Positions 28,996-43,281 of a DNA stretch of 64,000 nt are shown here, piece by piece. Position 1 is the stretch's first letter. Each line of letters starts with the position of its first letter. The stretch spans positions 42,080,001 through 42,144,000 of the forward strand of contig CP086569.2 in the NCBI GenBank assembly GCA_009914755.4, read 5' to 3'. The notes under the pieces were generated by a model. That model did no database searches and was not told the origin of the DNA. It was given only the letters and a program-made list of their open reading frames with translations. Position numbers and translations under genes: made by a program. This DNA comes from the human T2T-CHM13v2.0 reference genome, Homo sapiens.

Positions 28996-31900
28996 ATGGA
29001 GTCAAATGGAATGGTCTGGAATGGAATGAACACGAATGTAATGCAACCCAATAGAATGGAATCGAATGGCATGGAATATAAAGAAATGGAATCGAAGAGA
29101 ATGGAAACAAATGGAATGGAATTGAATGGAATGGAATTGAATGGAATGGGAACGAATGGAGTGAAATTGTATGCAGTAGAAGAGAATAGAATGGAATGCA
29201 AGCGAAAGGAAAGGAATGGATTGGAATGGAATGGAATTCATTGGAATGGAAGGGAATGTAGTGTAATGGACAGGCCTGGAATAAAGTGGAATGCTACGGT
29301 CTCGAATGGAATAAAAATGTATGGAATGGAATGCAATGAAACGGAATCGAATGTCATAGAATGTAATGGAATGCAAAAAAATGGAATCCAAAATCATTGA
29401 CTGGAAAGGCTGGGTGTCGAAAGGAATTGACTCCAATGGAATGGAATCGAATGGAATGGAAGTGAATAGAATCGAACTAAATCGAATGGAATGGAATTGA
29501 TAGGAACGGAATGGAAAGGAATGCAATGATTTGGTATGGAATGGAATCGAATGGCATCGAATGGAATGGAATGGAATGCAATGGAATGGAATGTATTAGA
29601 ATGTAATGAACTTTAATGGAATGTACTCGAATGGATTCGACTGGAATGGAATGTTCTGGAAGTGAATGGACTCCAATGGAATGGATTCAAAAGGAATGGA
29701 ATCGTACGGAATGGAATCTAATGGAATGCAATTAAATGGAAATGAATCAAATTGAATAGCACGGAATTGAATTGAATGGAATGGAATGCAATGGAATCTA
29801 ATGAAACGGAAAGGAAAGGAATGGAATGGAATGGAATGGGCTGGAATGGAAAGGAATCGAAACGAATGGAATGGAATCGAACTGAAGAGACTGGAATGGA
29901 ATGCACTGGAATGGAAGGGAGTGTAATGGAAGGTTGTCGAAAAAAATGGAATCGAATGGAATGGAATTGAATGGAACGGAATAGAGTCGAATGGAATTGA
30001 ATGGAATGGAATGGACTAGAGTGAAATGGAATCGAACCACAAGGAATGGACAGGAATAGAATGGTCTCGAATTGAATGGAATCGTATGGAATGGCATCAA
30101 ACGGAATGGAATGGACAGCCACGGAATGGAATGCACTCGAATGCAATGGAGTCGAAACTAATGGACTGGAATAGAATGGACTCGACTGGTACGGACTCCA
30201 ATGGAATGGAATCGAATGGAAGGGAATCGAACGGAAGGGAATCGAACGGAATGGACTCGAAGGGAAAAGACTGCAATGGAAAGGTCTCGAATGGAATGGA
30301 AATTAATGGAATGGAATGGAATCGAATGAAATGGAGTCAAAAGGAATGGAATCGAATGGCAAGAAATCTAATGTAATGGAATCGCCAGGAATTGATGTGA
30401 ACGGAACGGAATGGAATGGAATCCAAAGGAATGGAATAGAATGGAATGGAATCGAATGGAAAGGACTCGAATGGAAATCACTCGAATAGAATGCAATTTA
30501 ATAAAATAGGATCAAATGTAATGGAATGGAATGGAAAGGAATTGAAACGAAATGAATGGAGACAGATGGAATGGAATGGAACAGAGAGCAATGGTATAGA
30601 ATGGAATGGAATCATCTGGAATGGAATTGAATGGAATGGAATAATATGAAATGGAATGGAATGGAATGGAATGGAATGCCCTTGAATTAAATGGACTGGA
30701 ATGGAATGGACTCAAACAGAGTGGAATGGAAAGTGTGGAGATAGAATGGAATGAACTCCTTTGGAATGGTGTAGTATGCAATGCAATCGACTGGCAGGGA
30801 ATCAAAAGGAATGTAATCGAATGGATTGGACTGGAATGCAATGGACTCGAATAGATTGGAAACGGAATGCAAAGGAATGGAATGGAATAGTATGGAATGC
30901 AATGGAAGGGAATGGAGTGGAATAGACTAGAGTGGAATGGAATGGACTGGAAAGCAATGGACTGGAATGGAACTTTCTTGTATGGACTGGAATCAAACGG
31001 AATGGAATGCAATGCAATCAAATGGCATGGAATAAAATAGAATGAAAGAGAATCAAATGGAATTGAATCGAATGGAATCGAATGGATTGGAAAGGAATAG
31101 AATGGAATGGAATGGAATTGACTCAAATGGAATGGACTAGAATGGAATGGATTCGAATGGAAGGCAAAGGAATGGAATCTATTGGAATGGACTGTAATGG
31201 AATGGAATGGAAGGGATTCGAATGGACTCGAATGGAATGGACTGCAATAGAAAGGATTCGAATGGAATGAAAAAGAATTGAATGGAATAGAACAGAATGG
31301 AATCAAATCGAATGAAATGGAATGGAATAGAAAGGAATGGAATGAAATGGAATGGAAAGGATTCGAATGGAATGCAATCGAATGGAATGGAATCGAACGG
31401 AATGGAATAAAATGGAAGAAAACTGGCAAGAAATGGAATCGAAATGAATGGAGTGTTATGGAACGGACTCAAAAGGAATTGAATGTAATAGAATGGAGTG
31501 GAGTGGACTCGAATATAATGGACTGGAATGGAATGAAATCACATGGAATGGGAACGAATGGAATGGAATGGAAAGGAATGGAATCGAATGGAAAGGAATC
31601 GAATGGAAGGAAATGAAATTGAATCAACACGAATGGAAGGGAATAGAATAGACTGTAATGGAATGGACTCGAATAGAATGGACACGAATGCTCAAATTAA
31701 ATGGACTCGAATGGAATGGAAACGAAAGGAATGTCATCGAATGGAATTGAATCGATTGGAATGAAATCGCATAGAATGGAGTGGAATCAAATGGAATTGA
31801 ATCGAAAGGAAAGGAAGCGAATGGACTGAAATGAAATGGAATGGAATTGAATGGAAAGTAATGCAATGGAATAGAATGGAACGAAATTTCACGGAATGGA

Positions 31901-32564
31901 ATCAAACTGAATGGAATCAAATCAATGGAATCAAATCAAATGGAATGGAAAGGAATTGAATGGAGTAGATGGGATTGGATGGGATTGGAATGAAATGTAC
32001 TGGAAAGGACTCGAATTTCATGAAACGGAATGGAATGAATTGGAACGGAATGGACTCGAATGGAATGGAATGTCATGGGATGGCATCAAATGGAATGGCA
32101 TCAAATGGAATGGAATCGAATGCAATGGAATGCTATGGAATGGAATGGAATGCATTGGAATGGAATGTCCTCTAATGGAATGGATTCGAGTGGAATGGAA
32201 TTGAATATAATGGAGTCGAATGAAATGGAATTGAAAGGAATGGGATCGAATACAATGGAATATACTGGAATGTAACGTAATGAACTCGAATGTAATTGAC
32301 TGGAATGGAATGTACATGAATGGAATGTAATCGAATGGAAAGTAATCCAATGGAATAGAATCTAATGCAATAAAATCGACTCAGATAGAGTAGAATGTAA
32401 TGGAATGGAGTGCAGTGCAATGGAATGGAATGGAATGCAATGGAATGGAATGGAATGGAATGGAATGGAATGGAATGGGATGGAATGGTATGGAATGGAT
32501 AGTAATAGACTGGAGTGAAATGGACTGGAAAGGAATGGACTCAAATTGAAAGGGCTCGAAAGGA
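28996..32564 (+). repeat. HOR unit 9 (3569 bp), subtype C
   Basis: Anchor recurrence. C-form 'cgaacggaagggaatcgaacggaatggactcg' at ~30228-30260. 'aaggttgtcg' at ~29933. Confidence 0.85.
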
Positions 32565-35500
32565 ATGGAGTCAAATGGAATGGTCTGGAATGGAATGAAC
32601 ACGAATGTAATGCAACCCAATAGAATGGAATCGAATGGCATGGAATATAAAGAAATGGAATCGAAGAGAATGGAAACAAATGGAATGGAATTGAATGGAA
32701 TGGAATTGAATGGAATGGGAACGAATGGAGTGAAATTGTATGCAGTAGAAGAGAATAGAATGGAATGCAAGCGAAAGGAAAGGAATGGATTGGAATGGAA
32801 TGGAATTCATTGGAATGGAAGGGAATGTAGTGTAATGGACAGGCCTGGAATAAAGTGGAATGCTACGGTCTCGAATGGAATAAAAATGTATGGAATGGAA
32901 TGCAATGAAACGGAATCGAATGTCATAGAATGTAATGGAATGCAAAAAAATGGAATCCAAAATCATTGACTGGAAAGGCTGGGTGTCGAAAGGAATTGAC
33001 TCCAATGGAATGGAATCGAATGGAATGGAAGTGAATAGAATCGAACTAAATCGAATGGAATGGAATTGATAGGAACGGAATGGAAAAGAATGCAATGATT
33101 TGGCATGGAATGGAATCGAATGGCATCGAATGGAATGGAATGGAATGCAATGGAATGGAATGTATTAGAATGGAATGAACTTTAATGGAATGTACTCGAA
33201 TGGATTCGACTGGAATGGAATGTTCTGGAAGTGAATGGACTCCAATGGAATGGATTCAAAAGGAATGGAATCGTACGGAATGGAATCTAATGGAATGGAA
33301 TTAAATGGAAATGAATCAAATTGAATAGCACGGAATTGAATTGAATGGAATGGAATGCAATGGAATCTAATGAAACGGAAAGGAAAGGAATGGAATGGAA
33401 TGGAATGGGCTGGAATGGAAAGGAATCGAAACGAATGGAATGGAATCGAACTGAAGAGACTGGAATGGAATGCACTGGAATGGAAGGGAGTGTAATGGAA
33501 GGTTGTCGAAAAAAATGGAATCGAATGGAATGGAATTGAATGGAACGGAATAGAGTCGAATGGAATTGAATGGAATGGAATGGACTAGAGTGAAATGGAA
33601 TCGAACCACAAGGAATGGACAGGAATAGAATGGTCTCGAATTGAATGGAATCGTATGGAATGGCATCAAACGGAATGGAATGGACAGCCACGGAATGGAA
33701 TGCACTCGAATGCAATGGAGTCAAAACTAATGGACTGGAATAGAATGGACTCGACTGGTACGGACTCCAATGGAATGGAATCGAATGGAAGGGAATCGAA
33801 CGGAAGGGAATCGAACGGAATGGACTCGAAGGGAAAAGACTGCAATGGAAAGGTCTCGAATGGAATGGAAATTAATGGAATGGAATGGAATCGAATGAAA
33901 TGGAGTCAAAAGGAATGGAATCGAATGGCAAGAAATCGAATGTAATGGAATCGCCAGGAATTGATGTGAACGGAACGGAATGGAATGGAATCCAAAGGAA
34001 TGGAATAGAATGGAATGGAATCGAATGGAAAGGACTCGAATGGAAATCACTCGAATAGAATGCAATTTAATAAAATAGGATCAAATGTAATGGAATGGAA
34101 TGGAAAGGAATCGAAACGAAAGGAATGGAGACAGATGGAATGGAATGGAACAGAGAGCAATGGTATAGAACGGAATGGAATCATCTGGAATGGAATTGAA
34201 TGGAATGGAATAATATGAAATGGAATGGAATGGAATGGAATGGAATGCCCTTGAATTAAATGGACTGGAATGGAATGGACTCAAACAGAGTGGAATGGAA
34301 AGTGTGGAGATAGAATGGAATGAACTCCTTTGGAATGGTGTAGTATGCAATGCAATCGACTGGCAGGGAATCAAAAGGAATGTAATCGAATGGATTGGAC
34401 TGGAATGCAATGGACTCGAATAGATTGGAAACGGAATGCAAAGGAATGGAATGGAATAGTATGGAATGCAATGGAAGGGAATGGAGTGGAATAGACTAGA
34501 GTGGAATGGAATGGACTGGAAAGCAATGGACTGGAATGGAACTTTCTTGGATGGACTGGAATCAAACGGAATGGAATGCAATGCAATCAAATGGCATGGA
34601 ATAAATTAGAATGAAAGAGAATCAAATGGAATTGAATCGAATGGAATCGAATGGATTGGAAAGGAATAGAATGGAATGGAATGGAATTGACTCAAATGGA
34701 ATGGACTAGAATGGAATGGATTCGAATGGAAGGCAAAGGAATGGAATCTATTGGAATGGACTGTAATGGAATGGAATGGAAGGGATTGGAATGGACTCGA
34801 ATGGAATGGACTGCAATAGAAAGGATTCGAATGGAATGAAAAAGAATTGAATGGAATAGAACAGAATGGAATCAAATCGAATGAAATGGAATGGAATAGA
34901 AAGGAATGGAATGAAATGGAATGGAAAGGATTCGAATGGAATGCAATCGAATGGAATGGAATCGAACGGAATGGAATAAAATGGAAGAAAACTGGCAAGA
35001 AATGGAATCGAAATGAATGGAGTGTTATGGAACGGACTCAAAAGGAATTGAATGTAATAGAATGGAGTGGAGTGGACTCGAATATAATGGACTGGAATGG
35101 AATGAAATCACATGGAATGGGAACGAATGGAATGGAATGGAAAGGAATGGAATCGAATGGAAAGGAATCGAATGGAAGGGAATGAAATTGAATCAACACG
35201 AATGGAAGGGAATAGAATAGACTGTAATGGAATGGACTCGAATAGAATGGACACGAATGCTCAAATTAAATGGACTCGAATGGAATGGAAACGAAAGGAA
35301 TGTCATCGAATGGAATTGAATCAATTGGAATGAAATCGCATAGAATGGAGTGGAATCAAATGGAATTGAATCGAAAGGAAAGGAAGCGAATGGACTGAAA
35401 TGAAATGGAATGGAATTGAATGGAAAGTAATGCAATGGAATAGAATGGAACGAAATTTCACGGAATGGAATCAAACTGAATGGAATCAAATCAATGGAAT

Positions 35501-36143
35501 CAAATCAAATGGAATGGAAAGGAATTGAATGGAGTAGATGGGATTGGATGGGATTGGAATGAAATGTACTGGAAAGGACTCGAATTTCATGAAACGGAAT
35601 GGAATGAATTGGAACGGAATGGACTCGAATGGAATGGAATGTCATGGGATGGCATCAAATGGAATGGCATCAAATGGAATGGAATCGAATGCAATGGAAT
35701 GCTATGGAATGGAATGGAATGCATTGGAATGGAATGTCCTCTAATGGAATGGATTCGAGTGGAATGGAATTGAATATAATGGAGTCGAATGAAATGGAAT
35801 TGAAAGGAATGGGATCGAATACAATGGAATATACTGGAATGTAACGTAATGAACTCGAATGTAATTGACTGGAATGGAATGTACATGAATGGAATGTAAT
35901 CGAATGGAAAGTAATCCAATGGAATAGATTCTAATGCAATAAAATCGACTCAGATAGAGTAGAATGTAATGGAATGGAGTGCAGTGCAATGGAATGGAAT
36001 GGAATGGAATGCAATGGAATGGAATGGAATGGAATGGAATGGAATGGAATGGAATGGGATGGAATCGTATGGAATGGATAGTAATGGACTGGAGTGAAAT
36101 GGACTGGAAAGGAATGGACTCAAATTGAAAGGGCTCGAAAGGA
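32565..36143 (+). repeat. HOR unit 10 (3579 bp), subtype C
   Basis: Anchor recurrence. C-form at ~33795. 'gaataaattagaatg' at ~34599 shared with unit 8. Confidence 0.85.
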
Positions 36144-39100
36144 ATGGAGTCAAATGGAATGGTCTGGAATGGAATGAACACGAATGTAATGCAACCCAAT
36201 AGAATGGAATCGAATGGCATGGAATATAAAGAAATGGAATCGAAGAGAATGGAAACAAAGGGAATGGAATTGAATGGAATGGAATTGAATGGAATGGGAA
36301 CGAATGGAGTGAAATTGTATGCAGTAGAAGAGAATAGAATGGAATGCAAGCGAAAGGAAAGGAATGGATTGGAATGGAATGGAATTCATTGGAATGGAAG
36401 GGAATGTAGTGTAATGGACAGGCCTGGAATAAAGTGGAATGCTACGGTCTCGAATGGAATAAAAATGTATGGAATGGAATGCAATGAAACGGAATCGAAT
36501 GTCATAGAATGTAATGGAATGCAAAAAAATGGAATCCAAAATCATTGACTGGAAAGGCTGGGTGTCGAAAGGAATTGACTCCAATGGAATGGAATCGAAT
36601 GGAATGGAAGTGAATAGAATCGAACTAAATCGAATGGAATGGAATTGATAGGAACGGAATGGAAAGGAATGCAATGATTTGGCATGGAATGGAATCGAAT
36701 GGCATCGAATGGAATGGAATGGAATGCAATGGAATGGAATGTATTAGAATGTAATGAACTTTAATGGAATGTACTCGAATGGATTCGACTGGAATGGAAT
36801 GTTCTGGAAGTGAATGGACTCCAATGGAATGGATTCAAAAGGAATGGAATCGTACGGAATGGAATCTAATGGAATGGAATTAAATGGAAATGAATCAAAT
36901 TGAATAGCACGGAATTGAATTGAATGGAATGGAATGCAATGGAATCTAATGAAACGGAAAGGAAAGGAATGGAATGGAATGGAATGGGCTGGAATGGAAA
37001 GGAATCGAAACGAATGGAATGGAATCGAACTGAAGAGACTGGAATGGAATGCACTGGAATGGAAGGGAGTGTAATGGAAGGTTGTCGAAAAAAATGGAAT
37101 CGAATGGAATGGAATTGAATGGAACGGAATAGAGTCGAATGGAATTGAATGGAATGGAATGGACTAGAGTGAAATGGAATCGAACCACAAGGAATGGACA
37201 GGAATAGAATGGTCTCGAATTGAATGGAATCGTATGGAATGGCATCAAACGGAATGGAATGGACAGCCACGGAATGGAATGCACTCGAATGCAATGGAGT
37301 CGAAACTAATGGACTGGAATAGAATGGACTCGACTGGTACGGACTCCAATGGAATGGAATCGAATGGACGGGAATCGAACGGAAGGGAATCGAACGGAAT
37401 GGACTCGAAGGGAAAAGACTGCAATGGAAAGGTCTCGAATGGAATGGAAATTAATGGAATGGAATGGAATCGAATGAAATGGAGTCAAAAGGAATGGAAT
37501 CGAATGGCAAGAAATCGAATGTAATGGAATCGCCAGGAATTGATGTGAACGGAACGGAATGGAATGGAATCCAAAGGAATGGAATAGAATGGAATGGAAT
37601 CGAATGGAAAGGACTCGAATGGAAATCACTCGAATAGAATGCAATTTAATAAAATAGGATCAAATGTAATGGAATGGAATGGAAAGGAATCGAAACGAAA
37701 GGAATGGAGACAGATGGAATGGAATGGAACAGAGAGCAATGGTATAGAATGGAATGGAATCATCTGGAATGGAATTGAATGGAATGGAATAATATGAAAT
37801 GGAATGGAATGGAATGGAATGGAATGCCCTTGAATTAAATGGACTGGAATGGAATGGACTCAAACAGAGTGGAATGGAAAGTGTGGAGATAGAATGGAAT
37901 GAACTCCTTTGGAATGGTGTAGTATGCAATGCAATCGACTGGCAGGGAATCAAAAGGAATGTAATCGAATGGATTGGACTGGAATGCAATGGACTCGAAT
38001 AGATTGGAAACGGAATGCAAAGGAATGGAATGGAATAGTATGGAATGCAATGGAAGGGAATGGAGTGGAATAGACTAGAGTGGAATGGAATGGACTGGAA
38101 AGCAATGGACTGGAATGGAACTTTCTTGGATGGACTGGAATCAAACGGAATGGAATGCAGTGCAATCAAATGGCATGGAATAAAATAGAATGAAAGAGAA
38201 TCAAATGGAATTGAATCGAATGGAATCGAATGGATTGGAAAGGAATAGAATGGAATGGAATGGAATTGACTCAAATGGAATGGACTAGAATGGAATGGAT
38301 TCGAATGGAAGGCAAAGGAATGGAATCTATTGGAATGGACTGTAATGGAATGGAATGGAAGGGATTGGAATGGACTCGAATGGAATGGACTGCAATAGAA
38401 AGGATTCGAATGGAATGAAAAAGAATTGAATGGAATAGAACAGAATGGAATCAAATCGAATGAAATGGAATGGAATAGAAAGGAATGGAATGAAATGGAA
38501 TGGAAAGGATTCGAATGGAATGCAATCGAATGGAATGGAATCGAACGGAATGGAATAAAATGGAAGAAAACTGGCAAGAAATGGAATCGAAATGAATGGA
38601 GTGTTATGGAACGGACTCAAAAGGAATTGAATGTAATAGAATGGAGTGGAGTGGACTCGAATATAATGGACTGGAATGGAATGAAATCACATGGAATGGG
38701 AACGAATGGAATGGAATGGAAAGGAATGGAATCGAATGGAAAGGAATCGAATGGAAGGGAATGAAATTGAATCAACAGGAATGGAAGGGAATAGAATAGA
38801 CTGTAATGGAATGGACTCGAATAGAATGGACACGAAAGCTCAAATTAAATGGACTCGAATGGAATGGAAACGAAAGGAATGTCATCGAATGGAATTGAAT
38901 CGATTGGAATGAAATCGCTTAGAATGGAGTGGAATCAAATGGAATTGAATCGAAAGGAAAGGAAGCGAATGGACTGAAATGAAATGGAATGGAATTGAAT
39001 GGAAAGTAATGCAATGGAATAGAATGGAACGAAATTTCACGGAATGGAATCAAACTGAATGGAATCAAATCAATGGAATCAAATCAAATGGAATGGAAAG

Positions 39101-39722
39101 GAATTGAATGGAGTAGATGGGATTGGATGGGATTGGAATGAAATGTACTGGAAAGGACTCGAATTTCATGAAACGGAATGGAATGAATTGGAACGGAATG
39201 GACTCGAATGGAATGGAATGTCATGGGATGGCATCAAATGGAATGGCATCAAATGGAATGGAATCGAATGCAATGGAATGCTATGGAATGGAATGGAATG
39301 CATTGGAATGGAATGTCCTCTAATGGAATGGATTCGAGTGGAATGGAATTGAATATAATGGAGTCGAATGAAATGGAATTGAAAGGAATGGGATCGAATA
39401 CAATGGAATATACTGGAATGTAACGTAATGAACTCGAATGTAATTGACTGGAATGGAATGTACATGAATGGAATGTAATCGAATGGAAAGTAATCCAATG
39501 GAATAGATTCTAATGCAATAAAATCGACTCAGATAGAGTAGAATGTAATGGAATGGAGTGCAGTGCAATGGAATGGAATGGAATGGAATGCAATGGAATG
39601 GAATGGAATGGAATGGAATGGAATGGAATGGAATGGGATGGAATCGTATGGAATGGATAGTAATGGACTGGAGTGAAATGGACTGGAAAGGAATGGACTC
39701 AAATTGAAAGGGCTCGAAAGGA
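36144..39722 (+). repeat. HOR unit 11 (3579 bp), subtype C. Near-identical to unit 12.
   Basis: Anchor recurrence. Shares 'ggaaacaaagggaatgg', 'ggaatcgtatgg', 'gaatggacgggaatcg', 'cacgaaagctc' and 'aatcgcttagaatgg' with unit 12. Confidence 0.85.
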
Positions 39723-42700
39723 ATGGAGTCAAATGGAATGGTCTGGAATGGAATGAACACGAATGTAATGCAACCCAATAGAATGGAATCGAATGGCATG
39801 GAATATAAAGAAATGGAATCGAAGAGAATGGAAACAAAGGGAATGGAATTGAATGGAATGGAATTGAATGGAATGGGAACGAATGGAGTGAAATTGTATG
39901 CAGTAGAAGAGAATAGAATGGAATGCAAGCGAAAGGAAAGGAATGGATTGGAATGGAATGGAATTCATTGGAATGGAAGGGAATGTAGTGTAATGGACAG
40001 GCCTGGAATAAAGTGGAATGCTACGGTCTCGAATGGAATAAAAATGTATGGAATGGAATGCAATGAAACGGAATCGAATGTCATAGAATGTAATGGAATG
40101 CAAAAAAATGGAATCCAAAATCATTGACTGGAAAGGCTGGGTGTCGAAAGGAATTGACTCCAATGGAATGGAATCGAATGGAATGGAAGTGAATAGAATC
40201 GAACTAAATCGAATGGAATGGAATTGATAGGAACGGAATGGAAAGGAATGCAATGATTTGGCATGGAATGGAATCGAATGGCATCGAATGGAATGGAATG
40301 GAATGCAATGGAATGGAATGTATTAGAATGTAATGAACTTTAATGGAATGTACTCGAATGGATTCGACTGGAATGGAATGTTCTGGAAGTGAATGGACTC
40401 CAATGGAATGGATTCAAAAGGAATGGAATCGTACGGAATGGAATCTAATGGAATGGAATTAAATGGAAATGAATCAAATTGAATAGCACGGAATTGAATT
40501 GAATGGAATGGAATGCAATGGAATCTAATGAAACGGAAAGGAAAGGAATGGAATGGAATGGAATGGGCTGGAATGGAAAGGAATCGAAACGAATGGAATG
40601 GAATCGAACTGAAGAGACTGGAATGGAATGCACTGGAATGGAAGGGAGTGTAATGGAAGGTTGTCGAAAAAAATGGAATCGAATGGAATGGAATTGAATG
40701 GAACGGAATAGAGTCGAATGGAATTGAATGGAATGGAATGGAGTAGAGTGAAATGGAATCGAACCACAAGGAATGGACAGGAATAGAATGGTCTCGAATT
40801 GAATGGAATCGTATGGAATGGCATCAAACGGAATGGAATGGACAGCCACGGAATGGAATGCACTCGAATGCAATGGAGTCGAAACTAATGGACTGGAATA
40901 GAATGGACTCGACTGGTACGGACTCCAATGGAATGGAATCGAATGGACGGGAATCGAACGGAAGGGAATCGAACGGAATGGACTCGAAGGGAAAAGACTG
41001 CAATGGAAAGGTCTCGAATGGAATGGAAATTAATGGAATGGAATGGAATCGAATGAAATGGAGTCAAAAGGAATGGAATCGAATGGCAAGAAATCGAATG
41101 TAATGGAATCGCCAGGAATTGATGTGAACGGAACGGAATGGAATGGAATCCAAAGGAATGGAATAGAATGGAATGGAATCGAATGGAAAGGACTCGAATG
41201 GAAATCACTCGAATAGAATGCAATTTAATAAAATAGGATCAAATGTAATGGAATGGAATGGAAAGGAATCGAAACGAAAGGAATGGAGACAGATGGAATG
41301 GAATGGAACAGAGAGCAATGGTATAGAATGGAATGGAATCATCTGGAATGGAATTGAATGGAATGGAATAATATGAAATGGAATGGAATGGAATGGAATG
41401 GAATGCCCTTGAATTAAATGGACTGGAATGGAATGGACTCAAACAGAGTGGAATGGAAAGTGTGGAGATAGAATGGAATGAACTCCTTTGGAATGGTGTA
41501 GTATGCAATGCAATCGACTGGCAGGGAATCAAAAGGAATGTAATCGAATGGATTGGACTGGAATGCAATGGACTCGAATAGATTGGAAACGGAATGCAAA
41601 GGAATGGAATGGAATAGTATGGAATGCAATGGAAGGGAATGGAGTGGAATAGACTAGAGTGGAATGGAATGGACTGGAAAGCAATGGACTGGAATGGAAC
41701 TTTCTTGGATGGACTGGAATCAAACGGAATGGAATGCAGTGCAATCAAATGGCATGGAATAAAATAGAATGAAAGAGAATCAAATGGAATTGAATCGAAT
41801 GGAATCGAATGGATTGGAAAGGAATAGAATGGAATGGAATGGAATTGACTCAAATGGAATGGACTAGAATGGAATGGATTCGAATGGAAGGCAAAGGAAT
41901 GGAATCTATTGGAATGGACTGTAATGGAATGGAATGGAAGGGATTGGAATGGACTCGAATGGAATGGACTGCAATAGAAAGGATTCGAATGGAATGAAAA
42001 AGAATTGAATGGAATAGAACAGAATGGAATCAAATCGAATGAAATGGAATGGAATAGAAAGGAATGGAATGAAATGGAATGGAAAGGATTCGAATGGAAT
42101 GCAATCGAATGGAATGGAATCGAACGGAATGGAATAAAATGGAAGAAAACTGGCAAGAAATGGAATCGAAATGAATGGAGTGTTATGGAACGGACTCAAA
42201 AGGAATTGAATGTAATAGAATGGAGTGGAGTGGACTCGAATATAATGGACTGGAATGGAATGAAATCACATGGAATGGGAACGAATGGAATGGAATGGAA
42301 AGGAATGGAATCGAATGGAAAGGAATCGAATGGAAGGGAATGAAATTGAATCAACAGGAATGGAAGGGAATAGAATAGACTGTAATGGAATGGACTCGAA
42401 TAGAATGGACACGAAAGCTCAAATTAAATGGACTCGAATGGAATGGAAACGAAAGGAATGTCATCGAATGGAATTGAATCGATTGGAATGAAATCGCTTA
42501 GAATGGAGTGGAATCAAATGGAATTGAATCGAAAGGAAAGGAAGCGAATGGACTGAAATGAAATGGAATGGAATTGAATGGAAAGTAATGCAATGGAATA
42601 GAATGGAACGAAATTTCACGGAATGGAATCAAACTGAATGGAATCAAATCAATGGAATCAAATCAAATGGAATGGAAAGGAATTGAATGGAGTAGATGGG

Positions 42701-43281
42701 ATTGGATGGGATTGGAATGAAATGTACTGGAAAGGACTCGAATTTCATGAAACGGAATGGAATGAATTGGAACGGAATGGACTCGAATGGAATGGAATGT
42801 CATGGGATGGCATCAAATGGAATGGCATCAAATGGAATGGAATCGAATGCAATGGAATGCTATGGAATGGAATGGAATGCATTGGAATGGAATGTCCTCT
42901 AATGGAATGGATTCGAGTGGAATGGAATTGAATATAATGGAGTCGAATGAAATGGAATTGAAAGGAATGGGATCGAATACAATGGAATATACTGGAATGT
43001 AACGTAATGAACTCGAATGTAATTGACTGGAATGGAATGTACATGAATGGAATGTAATCGAATGGAAAGTAATCCAATGGAATAGAATCTAATGCAATAA
43101 AATCGACTCAGATAGAGTAGAATGTAATGGAATGGAGTGCAGTGCAATGGAATGGAATGGAATGGAATGCAATGGAATGGAATGGAATGGAATGGAATGG
43201 AATGGTATGGAATGGATAGTAATAGACTGGAGTGAAATGGACTGGAAAGGAATGGACTCAAATTGAAAGGGCTCGAAAGGA
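39723..43281 (+). repeat. HOR unit 12 (3559 bp), subtype C
   Basis: Anchor recurrence. Same private variant set as unit 11 (e.g. 40941 'atcgaatggacgggaatcg', 42415 'cacgaaagctc'). Confidence 0.85.
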
